A DNA stretch of 64,000 nt. Origin: the human T2T-CHM13v2.0 reference genome, Homo sapiens. The stretch is from the NCBI RefSeq assembly GCF_009914755.1, contig NC_060925.1. One strand, written 5' to 3'. Made by a program: the position numbers and the translations under genes. Positions 41,645 through 54,986 of the stretch are shown piece by piece; the stretch's first letter is position 1, and each line of letters opens with the position of its first letter. A model generated the notes under the pieces. The model was not told the DNA's origin, did not search any database, and saw only the letters and a list, made by a program, of their open reading frames with translations.

Positions 41645-42035
41645 TCTAGGCATCTGCCCTCATAAGCTTACATTTTAATGAATAGGGGAGAGATGATACA
41701 AATATATACTTAAAATATCTTTTTAAAATATGAAAAAATATACATACTTCAAATGTTTACATTTAACACTATGTGATAACCTCAGATACTATCAGAGTTT
41801 ATCAGATAGTGTTAAACACTACAGGGAAAGAAAGGAGAATAAAGTGATAGGGAAATAAAGATCTATTACAAACAGAATGGTCAGGGAAGACATTTTCAAG
41901 ATCTTAACAAAGGGAAAGGAACTGCAAAGACCCTAAAAGAGAGTCAGTATGCCTAAAATATGATAATAAGGTACATAATGGTAGAAGGAAAAATAGGAGA
42001 CAGGTTTCAGATCACAGAGAATCTTGCCAAACCAT
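41645..42035 (-). mobile_element. L2 fragment
   Basis: CTGCCCTCATAAGCTTACATTTTAATG, CAGATAGTGTTAAACACTA, GAATGGTCAGGGAAG, TGCAAAGACCCTAA. Confidence 0.65.
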
Positions 42036-42037
42036 GG

Positions 42038-44533
42038 TGATACTGCAATATAATAAAAAATACATATTTTGGTTTTCATCCCTGTTTTCTGGCACACAGC
42101 TCCTATAAGCTTTGTAATCTCAGAAGTCGTAAGTGTCTTTTTGTATGCTGATGAGATGACTGATGCCTGGAGGCTCCTGTACAGCTTCAGAATGGGGGCT
42201 GGTTGCCAGTCAATCAACCGTGTGATTACAGAGTTGGAACTTTTAGCCCCATCCCCTATCCTAGGAGAAGGGAGAGGGGCTGAAGTTTGAGTTAAAAATG
42301 ACCAATAATTTGATCAATCATGCCTACATAATGTAACCCTTATAAAAACAAAAGAAAGGGGCTCACAGAGCTTTGGGTCAGTGAACATGTGGAGGTGCTG
42401 GTGATAACAGCGGTGGTCTATCTGGAGTGGCTGCTGTGAAGACACCAGCTGCAGCTGGGGAGGTATGGCTGGAGGAAGCATGGCCAGCGCTACACCCTCC
42501 ATAGGGCCAGCAGGAGCCAGGTACAGGTGGGAGCCCCACACACTTCTGAGTTGGCAGGGTGGGAGCCTTGCCCTCTTGGGTGCGGCTGCAGCCACCCAGC
42601 TGTGGCTCCAGACCTGGGCAACCCTGCCTTCTCAGGGGCCTGGGAAACCCCCCACTGCCCCTGCAGTCTCAGAAGTGCCTGCTCCCACTACCTGGTCTCT
42701 CCCCACCCAGGCACCTGCTCTGATTTTGGAGCAAAGTTGTGCCTGAGCCCAGGTGCTGTCGCAACCTGGCTGGGTGTGCACACATTTGCAGCAGTGCTGA
42801 CAGGCCAGCTGTCTCTCACCTTGTGCCCCTCTGGACTTTGGGTACCGATGAACAACAGTGGAAAGCAGGGGGTGCTGAGGGGTGCTCAGCATGGGCCTGC
42901 AGGCACTCTTGGCACAAATAGCCTGGGCACTGTAGATTACCTGATCAATGGCAGCAATACGCAGACAGCCTCAAGCATGGAAAGGGGCGGGTCCCCAGTG
43001 AAGCCCCACCTTCAAGCCAGGGACTTCCTGAAGCATGAGGGCTGGACTGTCAGTTCCAGGTGGAGTCCCTGGAGTTAGAACTTACAGTGCTTTTTCTGGA
43101 CCTGCCCACAGCCACCTATAGACCAATCAGCACACACTTACTCCCTTCTGAAGCCCATACAAACTCTGGACTCAGCCAGACTCAGAGACATCAGGACAAC
43201 CAGCTGTGGAAAGGAGCTACCCAATTTGGGTCTTCACCACTAGTTGGGACGACCTGCCTACAGAAAGAAGCTACCCACTCCAGGTCTCCTTTCTGCTGAG
43301 AGCTGGACACTCATTAGGACGACCTGCCTGTGGAAAGCTGCTAACCACTATGGGTCTCTCGAGTACTGTTCTGTCACACAGTGAAGCTCCTTTCTACCTT
43401 GCTCTCCCTCCAGTAGCCTGCGTACCTCATTCTTCCTGGACATGGGACAAGAACTCAGGACCCACCAAATGGTGGGAATGAAAGAGCAGTAACAAAAATA
43501 GGGCTGAAACAGAATCCTCCTACTGCTCGCCAGGTTGTGGGAGACATGAAGGAGAGGAGAGCTGTGGCCCTTCAGGGAGGCCAGACCTAGGGGTTACCTG
43601 ATCCAGGGCTGTCACATCCTCTTTGGGGCTCTGTGGCTCCTGACATTTCCAAGCTTCCGGGCACCATCACATTCCCCTCATCCACGTGTGGGTGCATACA
43701 GCAGATGCCGCATGTGGTACATCTGATCCAGCTGCAGCCTCACATGGAGCCGGGACCTGTACCAGTGCCTGGAGCTGCCCACCCTGCTGCAGCAGCAAGC
43801 ATCCCTGGCTGTGTGCAATGGGTGGACCCCACACTCACTCACTCACACACCTCTTGCCACTCTGCAACTGGCTTGCCCTGGGCAGGTATGGGATCCAGAC
43901 TGGTGGTGCGAGCCGAGAACAGCCTGCTGGGCCGAGTGGGCAGAATGAGCCCAGGTGGCATGGGCAATACTCAGGCAGAAGGCGTTGTTGAACACAGAGG
44001 TTTCCGGCTGGTGAAGTGACACCTCAAGGATCACGTGACACTGGGATGGTGGCACAACCAAGACAGGACATGGAAGCTCCGTGTCTTTTTTCCCCATACC
44101 TTGCTCTATGCATCTCCTCCAATTGGTTGTTCCTATGTTGCATTCCTTTATTTAAAAAAAACTGGGAATCTAATAAATAAACTGTTTTCCTGAGTTCTCT
44201 GAGCCATTCCAGCAAATGATTGAACCTAAGGAGGGTGCTCTTGCAACATCTGATTTATAGATAGTTGTTCAGAGACACAAGAGACAGCCTGGACTTGTGT
44301 TTGGCATCTGACTCGGGGGAAGTCTTGTGGGACTGAGCCCATAACCCCCAGGATGTGATGCTACATCCAGGTAGATCGTGTCAGAATTAAGTTGCAGAAC
44401 ACCTAGTTGGTGTCCTCAGAGAACTGGAGAATTACTTGGGGTGGGAAAACCCCACACATCTGGTATTAGAAGTGAAGTACTGAGATTGGTATGAATATAA
44501 AGAAGAAACAATATTTGTTTATTTTGTTCAACA
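42038..44533 (+). mobile_element. MER21 (B/C-like) solo LTR split by a nested MER52
   Basis: TGATAC..TTTGGTTTTCATCCCTGTTTTCTGGCACACAGCTCCTA start; resumes at 44041 with ATGGAAGCTCCGTG..CTATGCATCTC..TTCCTGAGTTCT; ends CA; approximate TSD ATGG/ATGA. Confidence 0.85.
42402..44040 (+). mobile_element. MER52-family (ERV1) solo LTR, apparently complete
   Basis: TGATAACAGCGGTGG..CTGGAGTGGCTGCTG start, CACAGAGGTTTCCGGCTGG..GGATCACGTGACA end, TG...CA termini, exact 4-bp TSD CTGG (42398-42401, 44041-44044). The most GC-rich long block in the window. Confidence 0.88.
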
Positions 44534-44919
44534 ATGATAATGTTTGCATTTATTCAAATTACAGTATGAAGTCTTTACAGGGAAATAGTTATGTAGCATC
44601 ATTGTCTTAAAATCATAGGAAAACAATCACATCATACTTTCTATTTTTTAATGACTATTATTTGTTCACCTATGTTTAACTTCTCAAAATGTACAACTAA
44701 TAAAACATTAGTTCATCGTATGTTTTCATAACAGAAATATTCAGTAAGAAGTACAGATTTTCAAAAAAACAGCACTTTTCAGTTGTGAAATTCAAAACCA
44801 TAAAGTGGAGGGAGGGATGGCTGCCCCAGGTATCATTTTTAGCTATTCACCTTCAAATCCCACTTACACTTTGGAACTTTTACCTAAGAATCAGTCATTT
44901 ATTTCCAACGGATTGCCAT

Positions 44920-44977
44920 GAATTTAGAACTGGACTATGTGAATTTAGAACTGGACTATGTGAATTTAGAACTGGAC
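44920..44977. repeat. 21-bp minisatellite, ~2.8 copies
   Basis: GAATTTAGAACTGGACTATGT x2 + GAATTTAGAACTGGAC. Confidence 0.95.
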
Positions 44978-45249
44978 ATGGAGTTTTATATTTTTCCTCA
45001 AAATAACTGTCTTTCTTCCCAGGAACCACAAAATAAATTTGGAATACAGTGACTGCTAAAGAATAAGAATATAATCTCTACAAAAACACGTCAAATAATT
45101 ACTCAAACAAAAACTCTCTCCATTTACATAATTTCTTAAATAGAAGGAATATGTAACATACAAACTGAAAATAAATGAAAAATAAAAGTGTTACAAACTT
45201 AAGCAAATGGTATTATGTCTTCAACATACCTATGAAGCTTAATAAAAAT

Positions 45250-46214
<965 letters not shown>

Positions 46215-46829
46215 CACAAATACCACTTCTATTTAAAAACATTTAAGAAACTTTTAGTGACTATTTTCCAAAAATGTCATATTGAGTGAAGTGAAGTAAA
46301 TTCAGTTCATCTTTTAAGAGGATGTGAAAGTGTTACTTTAGAGTATTCAGGAAGTTGGACTGTGAAATGCAATTATATTTTATGTTATTAGGGCAACAGA
46401 TGTATTAGTTTTCTTTTATGCGTATCTAGCATGAAAATATCAAGCACAATTATTATATACAATAATGCTTAATTTGATATGAATCAGTGCTATTGCATCA
46501 CACTTATAAAGGAAAGATTATGTTGTATAATTAAGTATAAGCAGAATCTCCCTCTGCATGGCACCATTAACCAGCATCTTGAGTATTACACTTGTTTTAG
46601 AGAAGCTCAAATAAAGAACAAAGGTTTTCAGAGGAAAACAATGAAGAAAGGTTTCGGGATTTTTTTCTGTGTATTATAAGGAGATTAGGAGTCATATGTC
46701 TCCAAACATTTGAAATTGGATCAATTTAAGCTTGTCTGAGTTGTAAGTAATGACTGAAATCTAAATATTAGAAAGAAAATCTGTATATATCCTAAGGAAA
46801 TACTCTTAAATACGTGAAATGATAGTGAT

Positions 46830-47210
46830 TACAATTACACCAATTGAGGCATTGGTTATGATAGCAAAAAACAAAACAAACAAAAAAAGCCCTGTATAAA
46901 AATTTAATGATTAGCTCTAGAGCATTAGATAACCAAATTACCATATTATTGTGATACTGAAGTCACTTAAATAATGTGTAGTATAATACAAGATTATGCA
47001 AAACATTTGCATATTATTTTAAATGAACAAAGTTACAAACTAGGAATATACACTACAATCTCATTTTTAAATAAAAATATAGACATATAGAATAAGATTA
47101 AATGAACACACTTCAAAATGTTATTGACTTATTTCTAGGTGGTAGGATTTCAAGTGATTCTATTTGCTTTTGTTCTATGTATATGTATTTCCTGAATTCT
47201 GTACACTAAA
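46830..47210 (+). mobile_element. L1ME 3' end
   Basis: AAATGAACAAAGTTACAAA..CAAAATGTTATTGACTTATTTCTAGGTGGTAGGATTTCAAGTGATT..TATTTCCTGAATTCTGTACA. Confidence 0.6.
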
Positions 47211-47219
47211 AATCCTTTA

Positions 47220-47475
47220 GTAGTTAACTCTTACTGAGTTCTTACTCTATATATGGCATTGTTCTAAGCAAGTGCTTTATATGTCTTAATTTGTAAACAC
47301 TTCAACAGCCCTGTAAAAGAGCCATTTCTACATTCATTTTTTTTTTTTTCGCCAGCTGAGAAAACGGAAGCCCGGAGCTTAAATGACTTGCCTAGGTTTC
47401 CTGAGTAGAAACTGACAGAGCCTAGATGTGAACCTTAGAAGTTTGGCACCAGAACCAGCACACTCCAAGCACTCC
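47220..47475 (-). mobile_element. MIR
   Basis: CTTACTGAGTTCTTACTCT..GGCATTGTTCTAAGC..GAGAAAACGGAAGCCC..AAATGACTTGCCTAGG. Confidence 0.8.
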
Positions 47476-49742
47476 ACAAATAAGAACTGTATTATCTTTC
47501 ATAATTTTCAAAGAACCTTAATAATAATGATAAAAATAAAGGAAGATATTTGATTAATTTTAAGTTTGCCACACTTGCCATTCATCACAAAGATCAGTTC
47601 TATCTTTATTTCTACAAATTTACAAATTTTATTTCTACAAAATTACAGGAAACAATACTGGCCAATATTCCTCAGCAGTGTTTGAATAGAGCTTTTCCTG
47701 AAGACATGAGTGTCTTCTAAACTTTTAATTTTGTGACTTTAACAAAAACAAAATATCACATGTTGTTGTTGTCCTCAGGAGCACTAAGAAATTTCCTGCC
47801 TGAGAAGTAAATGACTGAGGGGAAAAAATTATAGACCATTATGGCATGCTAATAATCCAAATTAGATAAACAAACACAAGCAATGGAAAGGAAGAAAGAG
47901 CAAATGCATTCAGCAGAGAATGGTGATAAAAAATAATGGACAGCTCATTCTCCACAGCTAAAATTGCACAAGCTGAGCTGTCTAAGGGAAATGAGTCATC
48001 TGTTTCTCAAGTTATAAGGGAATCTTACAGAATATTTTGAGTTTGAATAGCTAACACCGCAGGCAATTGAAATAGGTCTCCAAATATCTGATTAAAGTCA
48101 TGCATGATTACAGCTGGTATAGAATATTTTTGTACCTTTCTTGCAAATGGTAAAATGTAGGTTAAATCTCTAATTTTCTCTGTTACTTAACTTCTAAAGT
48201 AGGTATTAATTAAAGAAATAAATTAAGATATGCTTAACTAAATTCTTAGATATGAAAATGAAGTATGAAACTTTTTATTAGTACATTATTCACTTTTACA
48301 ATGCTTCTTAATGAACTATTTGGTCCTTTGATTCAACAGTCCTTTTATCTCATATGAATTCTTTAAAACAAATGGATTTTCTGGAGTAGAATCCGGTTTT
48401 AAATATCTAAAATATCAGCCTCAGAATGCCAGTGACTGAATAGAAGGAAAAATGAGAAGAAGAAGAATATAAAGGGTGCTGTGCAATCATGACAGATAAA
48501 AACACAGGAGATCACAGTAAAAATAAAACTACCAATAGTGTCATCTATAGAATTCGGTCACCGATTTTTTCCAACTTAATTTGATCGAGCAAATTGCCTA
48601 CAAAAAACCATCCAGCAAGGTGATTTTTGTACTTCATTGCTTATAACTATAACTCCACCATCTGTTCTATAAATGATATATTAAAAATCAAATCAATGGT
48701 GATTTTTAAAACACATGTCCTTTTTAAGAATATGATATATTATCTCCCATGATTCCTTACCAATTTGCTACTTCACAGAAAAAAATGAATTGTCCTCTGG
48801 TTTCTTAAATTGTCTATGTAATAAAACACAGTAACACATACTATGAAAAGCTGAGGGTAAAACAGAACTTTAGGATCTTTCATAAGTTAAATATGTCATA
48901 ATATTTTGTCATTTCACAAAGCAATGATGCTCAAGGAGATATTATTTGAAGAACAGATAGCCATAATCTCTATTAATACAAAAATATATAGGGAAGGACA
49001 TTTTCATTTAGACTTTTATACACTATGATAAGTTTCTAACAATTTATAATTTTGGAACATAAATTATCATTGTCTAATTACCATATATATATATATATAT
49101 ATATATGTCACTTCTGTTGCCCTTTATTTAATACTCTTATTCAAATAAGTAAGTGGAAAGTATTGCTTATGATGAGGTCAGATTAGGATTCTCCTTATTT
49201 TTATGTTAGTGTAATATGTCACTTCATTCTTTATTCCTTTCACCAACTATATGTATTAAATCTCCTAGATGCACATAGTGCATGTAAGGTCAAGGTCAAA
49301 TAAAGGTAAAACACATGAATGGCATACAGCATCACGGAAATTCAAGAAAATATAGTTATAATTTAAATATGCAGGTGCATTCGGACCTCCCCTATGTAGT
49401 CTTTTCAAATCTCTACATAATCATAACATTTTACAGAAAGTTTCTGTCCCGAAGTCCAAATATGATATTTAACCCTAGTCCTCCAAACTCAGCAAATACC
49501 AGGCCAACTTTTGAAATTTCTACCTTGGCTAATGGTGACAGTAGCAAAGAAAAAAAAAAAAGAAACTGGGCTCTAGGCTCTAAACAAATATATGTGAAAG
49601 TTTTCTATCAATTATAATGCACTATACATGAGGATTTTCTGTCTACATTTGTCTACATGTTTGTGTTTGTGTTTAATTCAGGAAAACCAGGACTGTAAAA
49701 AAGAAAATGCTTAAAGCTTGCATCTTTGAACCAGGCAGAAAG

Positions 49743-49889
49743 TGCAGCAAACCAACATGACACATGTATACCTATGTATCAAACCTGCATGTTGTGCACA
49801 TGTACCCTAGAGTTTAAAGTATAGAAAAAAAAAAAGACATACCAGAGACTGTGCAATTTACAAAAAAAAAAAAAAAGAAAGAAAGAAAA
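49743..49889 (+). mobile_element. Extremely 5'-truncated L1PA (PA5-7-like) with a second A tail after a 26-bp non-L1 tag
   Basis: L1 3' end (CAAACCAACATG..TACCCTAGAGTTTAAAGTATAG), A11, GACATACCAGAGACTGTGCAATTTAC, A15(GAAA)n; one 12-bp TSD AGAAAGTGCAGC (49737-49748, 49890-49901) encloses everything. Confidence 0.93.
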
Positions 49890-50109
49890 AGAAAGTGCAG
49901 CTACCTGATGCCTGAAGGAAACCAAATGAAAGAATGTGGAAATTAAGCCATTCAAGCATTCAAGGACCAGCACTAGGAAATTTCAAGTAGCTATTACCTA
50001 GATTTAAAAAATCAGAAATCCTTACATTAAAAACTAATCATTTGAATTCTGTTTTAATTTACTTTCTATTTTCTCTTAGGTGGGATAATCATACCTGATT
50101 AGTGCTATT

Positions 50110-50330
50110 ATAACATAACAGTGCTTATTATGTGCCAGACCTAAGGAGTCACATACATAAGAGTTATTATTTACTGTTATTACTAATATTAGTATATATT
50201 ACTTTCATCCTCATTTTATAAATGAGGAAATTGAGGACTAGACAGTTGAAGTAACCTCCTCAACATCACAGAGCTGGTAGTTTTCCAAAATTCAGTTTTC
50301 CCATCTTTAAACTGAAGAATAAAACATAAT
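50110..50330 (-). mobile_element. MIR
   Basis: GTGCTTATTATGTGCCAGAC..CCTCATTTTATAAATGAGGAAATTGAGG..GAAGTAACCT..CACAGAGCTGGTA. Confidence 0.8.
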
Positions 50331-53300
50331 AACATGGAATCTATTACAGTAATTCTTATTGTATTAATGATGATGTTATCCAAATTGTACAAGTGGAGTG
50401 TAGCCATTGAGCAATGAACACTGCATTTTTATCAGTGATTTCCGTTGTTAAACTGCTTTGTATAATGCCAACTATTTTTCGTCTTACTCAAATTCAACTG
50501 ATCTGATGCTCATATAGCAACTTTCTGAATACAATTTGACTCCCAATAGATTTTCTTCTTCAAGGATGATGATTTCTCAGGTTAAATCAACAACATATTT
50601 ATAATGATGATGTGTTACCCCATGAAGCTGAAACACAGGCAAAAAATGATGTTCGTCACAATTCAAATACTCATACACATTTTCCTCATTATAATTTAGT
50701 AAGCTGGCACACTGGAAGCTACTTTAGCAAGACTTATTCAGATGTATTTCCCTCAGGGATACTTCACCAATTTATTATTGAAAATCAATTGGCTGTCAAT
50801 ATCCAAACCCCTTTGTATCATGACATCACTTCTAGGCAGAAGTCTCCCCTGATACCCAGGGAGCCCATTCTGAGTAATGGTTGCACAGAAGGGCATCCTA
50901 GCACTTGGGCATGTGTCAAGTTGTTTCTCTTGTTTTACTGTAGCATTCTGTAGGTCTCCCTCCTGCACTAAACATTATGAGGGCAGGAACTGTCCTCTAT
51001 GTATAAATGTCTGTTGTATAACCCAGTGCTTGTTCTATCATAGTTTATTATATGGTAATATCAGTTTCCTGAATTAACGCTCAATATCAATGTACTGAAT
51101 TAATTATTGATTTATATTTAAATCAATCCTTCAGAAACTTCTATGCTGTTAGTTCAGTTATGCACAGTCTTAAGCATATCTTCATTCAATAAACTCTCTG
51201 GGTATTGTCATACTAAGTTTCTGAAGCAGGTGAACTGCTCTGATAAAAACAATTAAGCTTGTGTTGCCAAATGTGGGCTTACTTGATAAACATCAGTCTT
51301 TATGATATTGCTGAGCACAACCTTAAGGCTGATTTTGTTCCTAACCAAGTGTGATACATATTACACTACATGTGGCCTAGAGTCTATAACTAGAATATTA
51401 CCCAAATGAAGATTTTCAGTAAATCTATTAAACCATATGAATAAATTAACAGCTACAGTTTATTTAAAATTTAGTATTTTCCAAAATGTTTTACACATCA
51501 TCTTCAATTATCTTCAGACTAACACTTTTACTAGGAAGTAGACATGAAGGACATGATCAGATAACAAGAGATCATCAGATAATGCACAGAAGTCAAGTGA
51601 CTTGTCTAAGATTGCGTAGTTAACATAAATAGTGTTCTCCCACTTTCCAGTATTGTTTTGCTTTACAAAACTATACTCAGACAATTAAAAGAAAATGTTA
51701 TAATAAACCAGTCCATGTGGAGGCAAATCTGTCTCATCCTTGCAAAAAATACTTATGGCCAAAAAAGAATCTCATATAAGAAAAAAAATGAAAAGACATT
51801 TCTTATAGGAACAGAATTAAAATATTGCTTTGTCTCATCTTCCTGTCTGTTGCTCACACATTTGACTGCTGATTATATTGTTAACTCTTCAGAATAAAAA
51901 GGAAATACCAATTCACCATTTCTATTATCCAGAAAATATATACATAAAAAGAAAACATTCATATTATTTAATTGTTTGCCTTTTTTTCTTGATTTTTCAA
52001 GCCTCTATGCAAATAAATTTTGGAGCAAAGACAGAGATGTGCAAGATTCTCTGATAAATTTAGAAACACAAGAGATTTCTGCAAAGGAATTCATGAAAAT
52101 ATCTGTATTTGCAGATTTTTTTACAGATGTTGAGACTTTAATAAGCAGCATCTTTAATATCATACATCAATTTCCAAAAGTTTATTTAGCTTACTGCATA
52201 TTCTCAATCTGATACTCAATAGTAGCTAAAAATAACATATAATACATTTATGTAATACATGGTTATAGTTCAAAGAGCCATCCACTACACTGGGAAGAAG
52301 CTCAGGTGCCCCAACACTCCTACCATGGGAGCAGAGAGAGTTCTATTCAGTATCAAATGCCCCCAGTTTAAGATTCTGAACACTAGCATGTAGAAAGGCT
52401 TTTGTGTCAGAAAACATTTTATCACATTCAGGAAGAGTTTAAAATCAACTTAGATAGCACATTGCTGATACGTGAAAAGTTTGAAAATTCTACTGAATAC
52501 TTCTCTTCCTTAGTTTTGAAAGCTGGTATTAGTGAAGTAAGTTGAAACTCTTGGTTCAGCCTTCCAAACCACTCCCATACCCCCTGCTTATGTACATTCA
52601 AGACCAGCCAAATACAAACAAAAGAGGGTACAGGGTCAGGAGATTCTTGTGCCCATCATGAGCAGGGTGAGATGTCCATGGCCACAGAATGAAAAGTTTA
52701 TTAAGAGAAGGAGGAGCACTGGCCAAGCCTAGGAGATGCAAATCCAACGCAGTTTATGCTTCCCAACAGAGAAACCATGAATGCTTTATGGGTATGACAA
52801 GACCTTGATCCCATCAGCTAAGCCCATCACCTCAGCCTCCTGCATATCTCAGGGGCCAGGTGATTCTATTATAGTCTCTGAGTGTCAGGATGTGAAGGAG
52901 GTGGGAAAGCTGTGTTCTACTGTTTGCTTCCCCTTCCCAACCTCCACTGAGGTCTGTCCTCATTGCCAGGCACTTGTTCGGTTCAGAGAAGAATTGTATA
53001 CGTGTGTTCTCGAAAGTTCATAGTGGTAGGCAGGCTTCTGGCGACCTGAGATAGCTCAGCAGTGGCCTCGGGAGTCACAGAGAACGTGTTGTTGGCCATG
53101 GTGCTCTGTGTCAAGCTGGTCCTGGAACTGCTATGACAGGTGACGGTAGTGCTGCCAGAGGCCCTAAGCCCAGGCACAGGTCCCTGCAGATTTCTGGATG
53201 CAAGTAGGGACAAAGAACAGACTACTGGAGTTTTTGTCACTTTAGAAGAAAAAACATATTTATGAGATTTGTCTCATTCAAAAAAAAATGGCCTTAAATC

Positions 53301-54986
53301 AACTTTGGTAGAAGACAAACTTAAGAACAAATTATTAGAAATTCACAAACTGGAAATCTTTAATAAAGCACTAGAAAGCCCCAACTCTTTACTTGGGCTT
53401 ATATTAAAGACTCTCAGAAAAGGACCAAAAAAAATCTAAATGTTTAGAACAATTTAGGTTGGTAGCTTAAAGACAGAATGTTTCAGTTTTTAGGAGATTC
53501 ATCGAAACACAATTCACGTAGCTGCAACCAAAACAGCCTTCGAAATACATCAGAACAATGAAGAACAACTTCAGACAGCATTGAAAGACACTTCGGATAA
53601 AAATTCCAATCTTCAGGGAAACACAGAGCTGCTTTCACAAGAAGCTGAAGAGTGGAAAAGGGAAGAGGGAGCAAACATACTAAGCAGAATAAAATGCTAG
53701 AAAATTCTAAAATGTGTAGGAAACAAGTTCTAAAATATGACAAGTCTGATCAAGCTTCTGTGTGAACACAAGTTAAAGGTGAGAGACTGGGCTACTGTTC
53801 TTGGAGACGACGACATGGATGCTAAGAACTTGGATATAAAAATGCAACAGAAACGGAGACATCTTAGAAGATGAATCAAAATTTTGAAGAATCTTACTAA
53901 TGGAGCTGAGTTATTTAGAAAATCTTGATTCAAAAAACATGAATGCTCACTAAATTAACTGAAAGAGGGGAGGTCATATTAAAAGTCTGCAAACTGGGAA
54001 AGCTTCACCGCACTCAGAAACAAACTAACAGGAAAACGCACACAGAAAGGAGAGGCAAAATTGCTGGTGGAAATTTCAAGTCCTTCTTGAACTGAATCAA
54101 AGAAATGAAATATATTTTCACAAAATATCCTATTTAGACTGTGTTTACCCCATAAAGATAGAGGAGAATCTTCCCAAGGGAGGTGAAAAGATCAGTCATG
54201 CATGTGAAGAGATGGACACCTATAAAATATAAGCCTAAAAGTTTTTAGAAAAAAAAAGGTCATTGGCCTATTATCAAAGCCAGATTATTTTCAATGAGCA
54301 AAATACTCAAATAACAGGTTGACAGTTCTGTTGTGTGAGTGAAACCTTAATCATGTAAGAAAACAAAATGCCTGCACATAAGACAAATTATTAACAATTT
54401 ACATGTTTCAAAAAATATCCTAATATCCTTGATATTCCAAGTGAAACATTTAGCAGAGACTTCTGAGGACCACCAGGGCACACTCTGGCTAACCAGATCT
54501 CTGATGAAGGAGGAGTATCAAGTTGTGAAGGTGTGCAAATGCAAGGCCTCATGCGTGATATGGACCGGATGCCACCCACTACCCAGCCCAGGCTCAGGAC
54601 TGCATAAGCAGGGTCCTTCCAACAGACCACTCCCTCCTGACATAGGAGGTCCTCCATAAGTGCAAAACTGAGTTTCTCCTGGTATCTCTGGCATTGGCAG
54701 ATGCTGCAGACCTCCTTTGGGCTCAACTCTCCCACTGATGTGGAGTTTCTGGTTCAGGTTCTGGTGCTCTGAATCTATCCTATCATTCATTCTGTTAAAC
54801 GGCAGCTATTACAAAGGGATCCCCAGTAGCAGGTACTGAGAAGAGGATCCTCTCCCCAACCTCCTATTCTATAAAGATGAACCTCTCCAAGAACCCTATT
54901 TCCCAGAAACTTGCCTTGCCCAGTACATCTTCCCCTGACAACAAGAAGGGTCTCAATACCAGCACTGGATTTTGTCTTCAGACCCC

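Noticed and set aside
42314-44097. Cluster of overlapping 60-183-aa ORFs on both strands
   Set aside because: They lie in the GC-rich MER52/MER21 LTRs, where stops are rare; no gag/pol/env motifs.
44920-44977. CRISPR-like direct repeats
   Set aside because: Units are head-to-tail with no spacers, there are no cas genes, and the context is a human intron.
52983-53240. 85-aa minus-strand ORF as a stand-alone gene
   Set aside because: Antisense to the cTAGE retrocopy 5' end, GTG start, no recognisable domain; only its splice-acceptor potential is kept as a finding.
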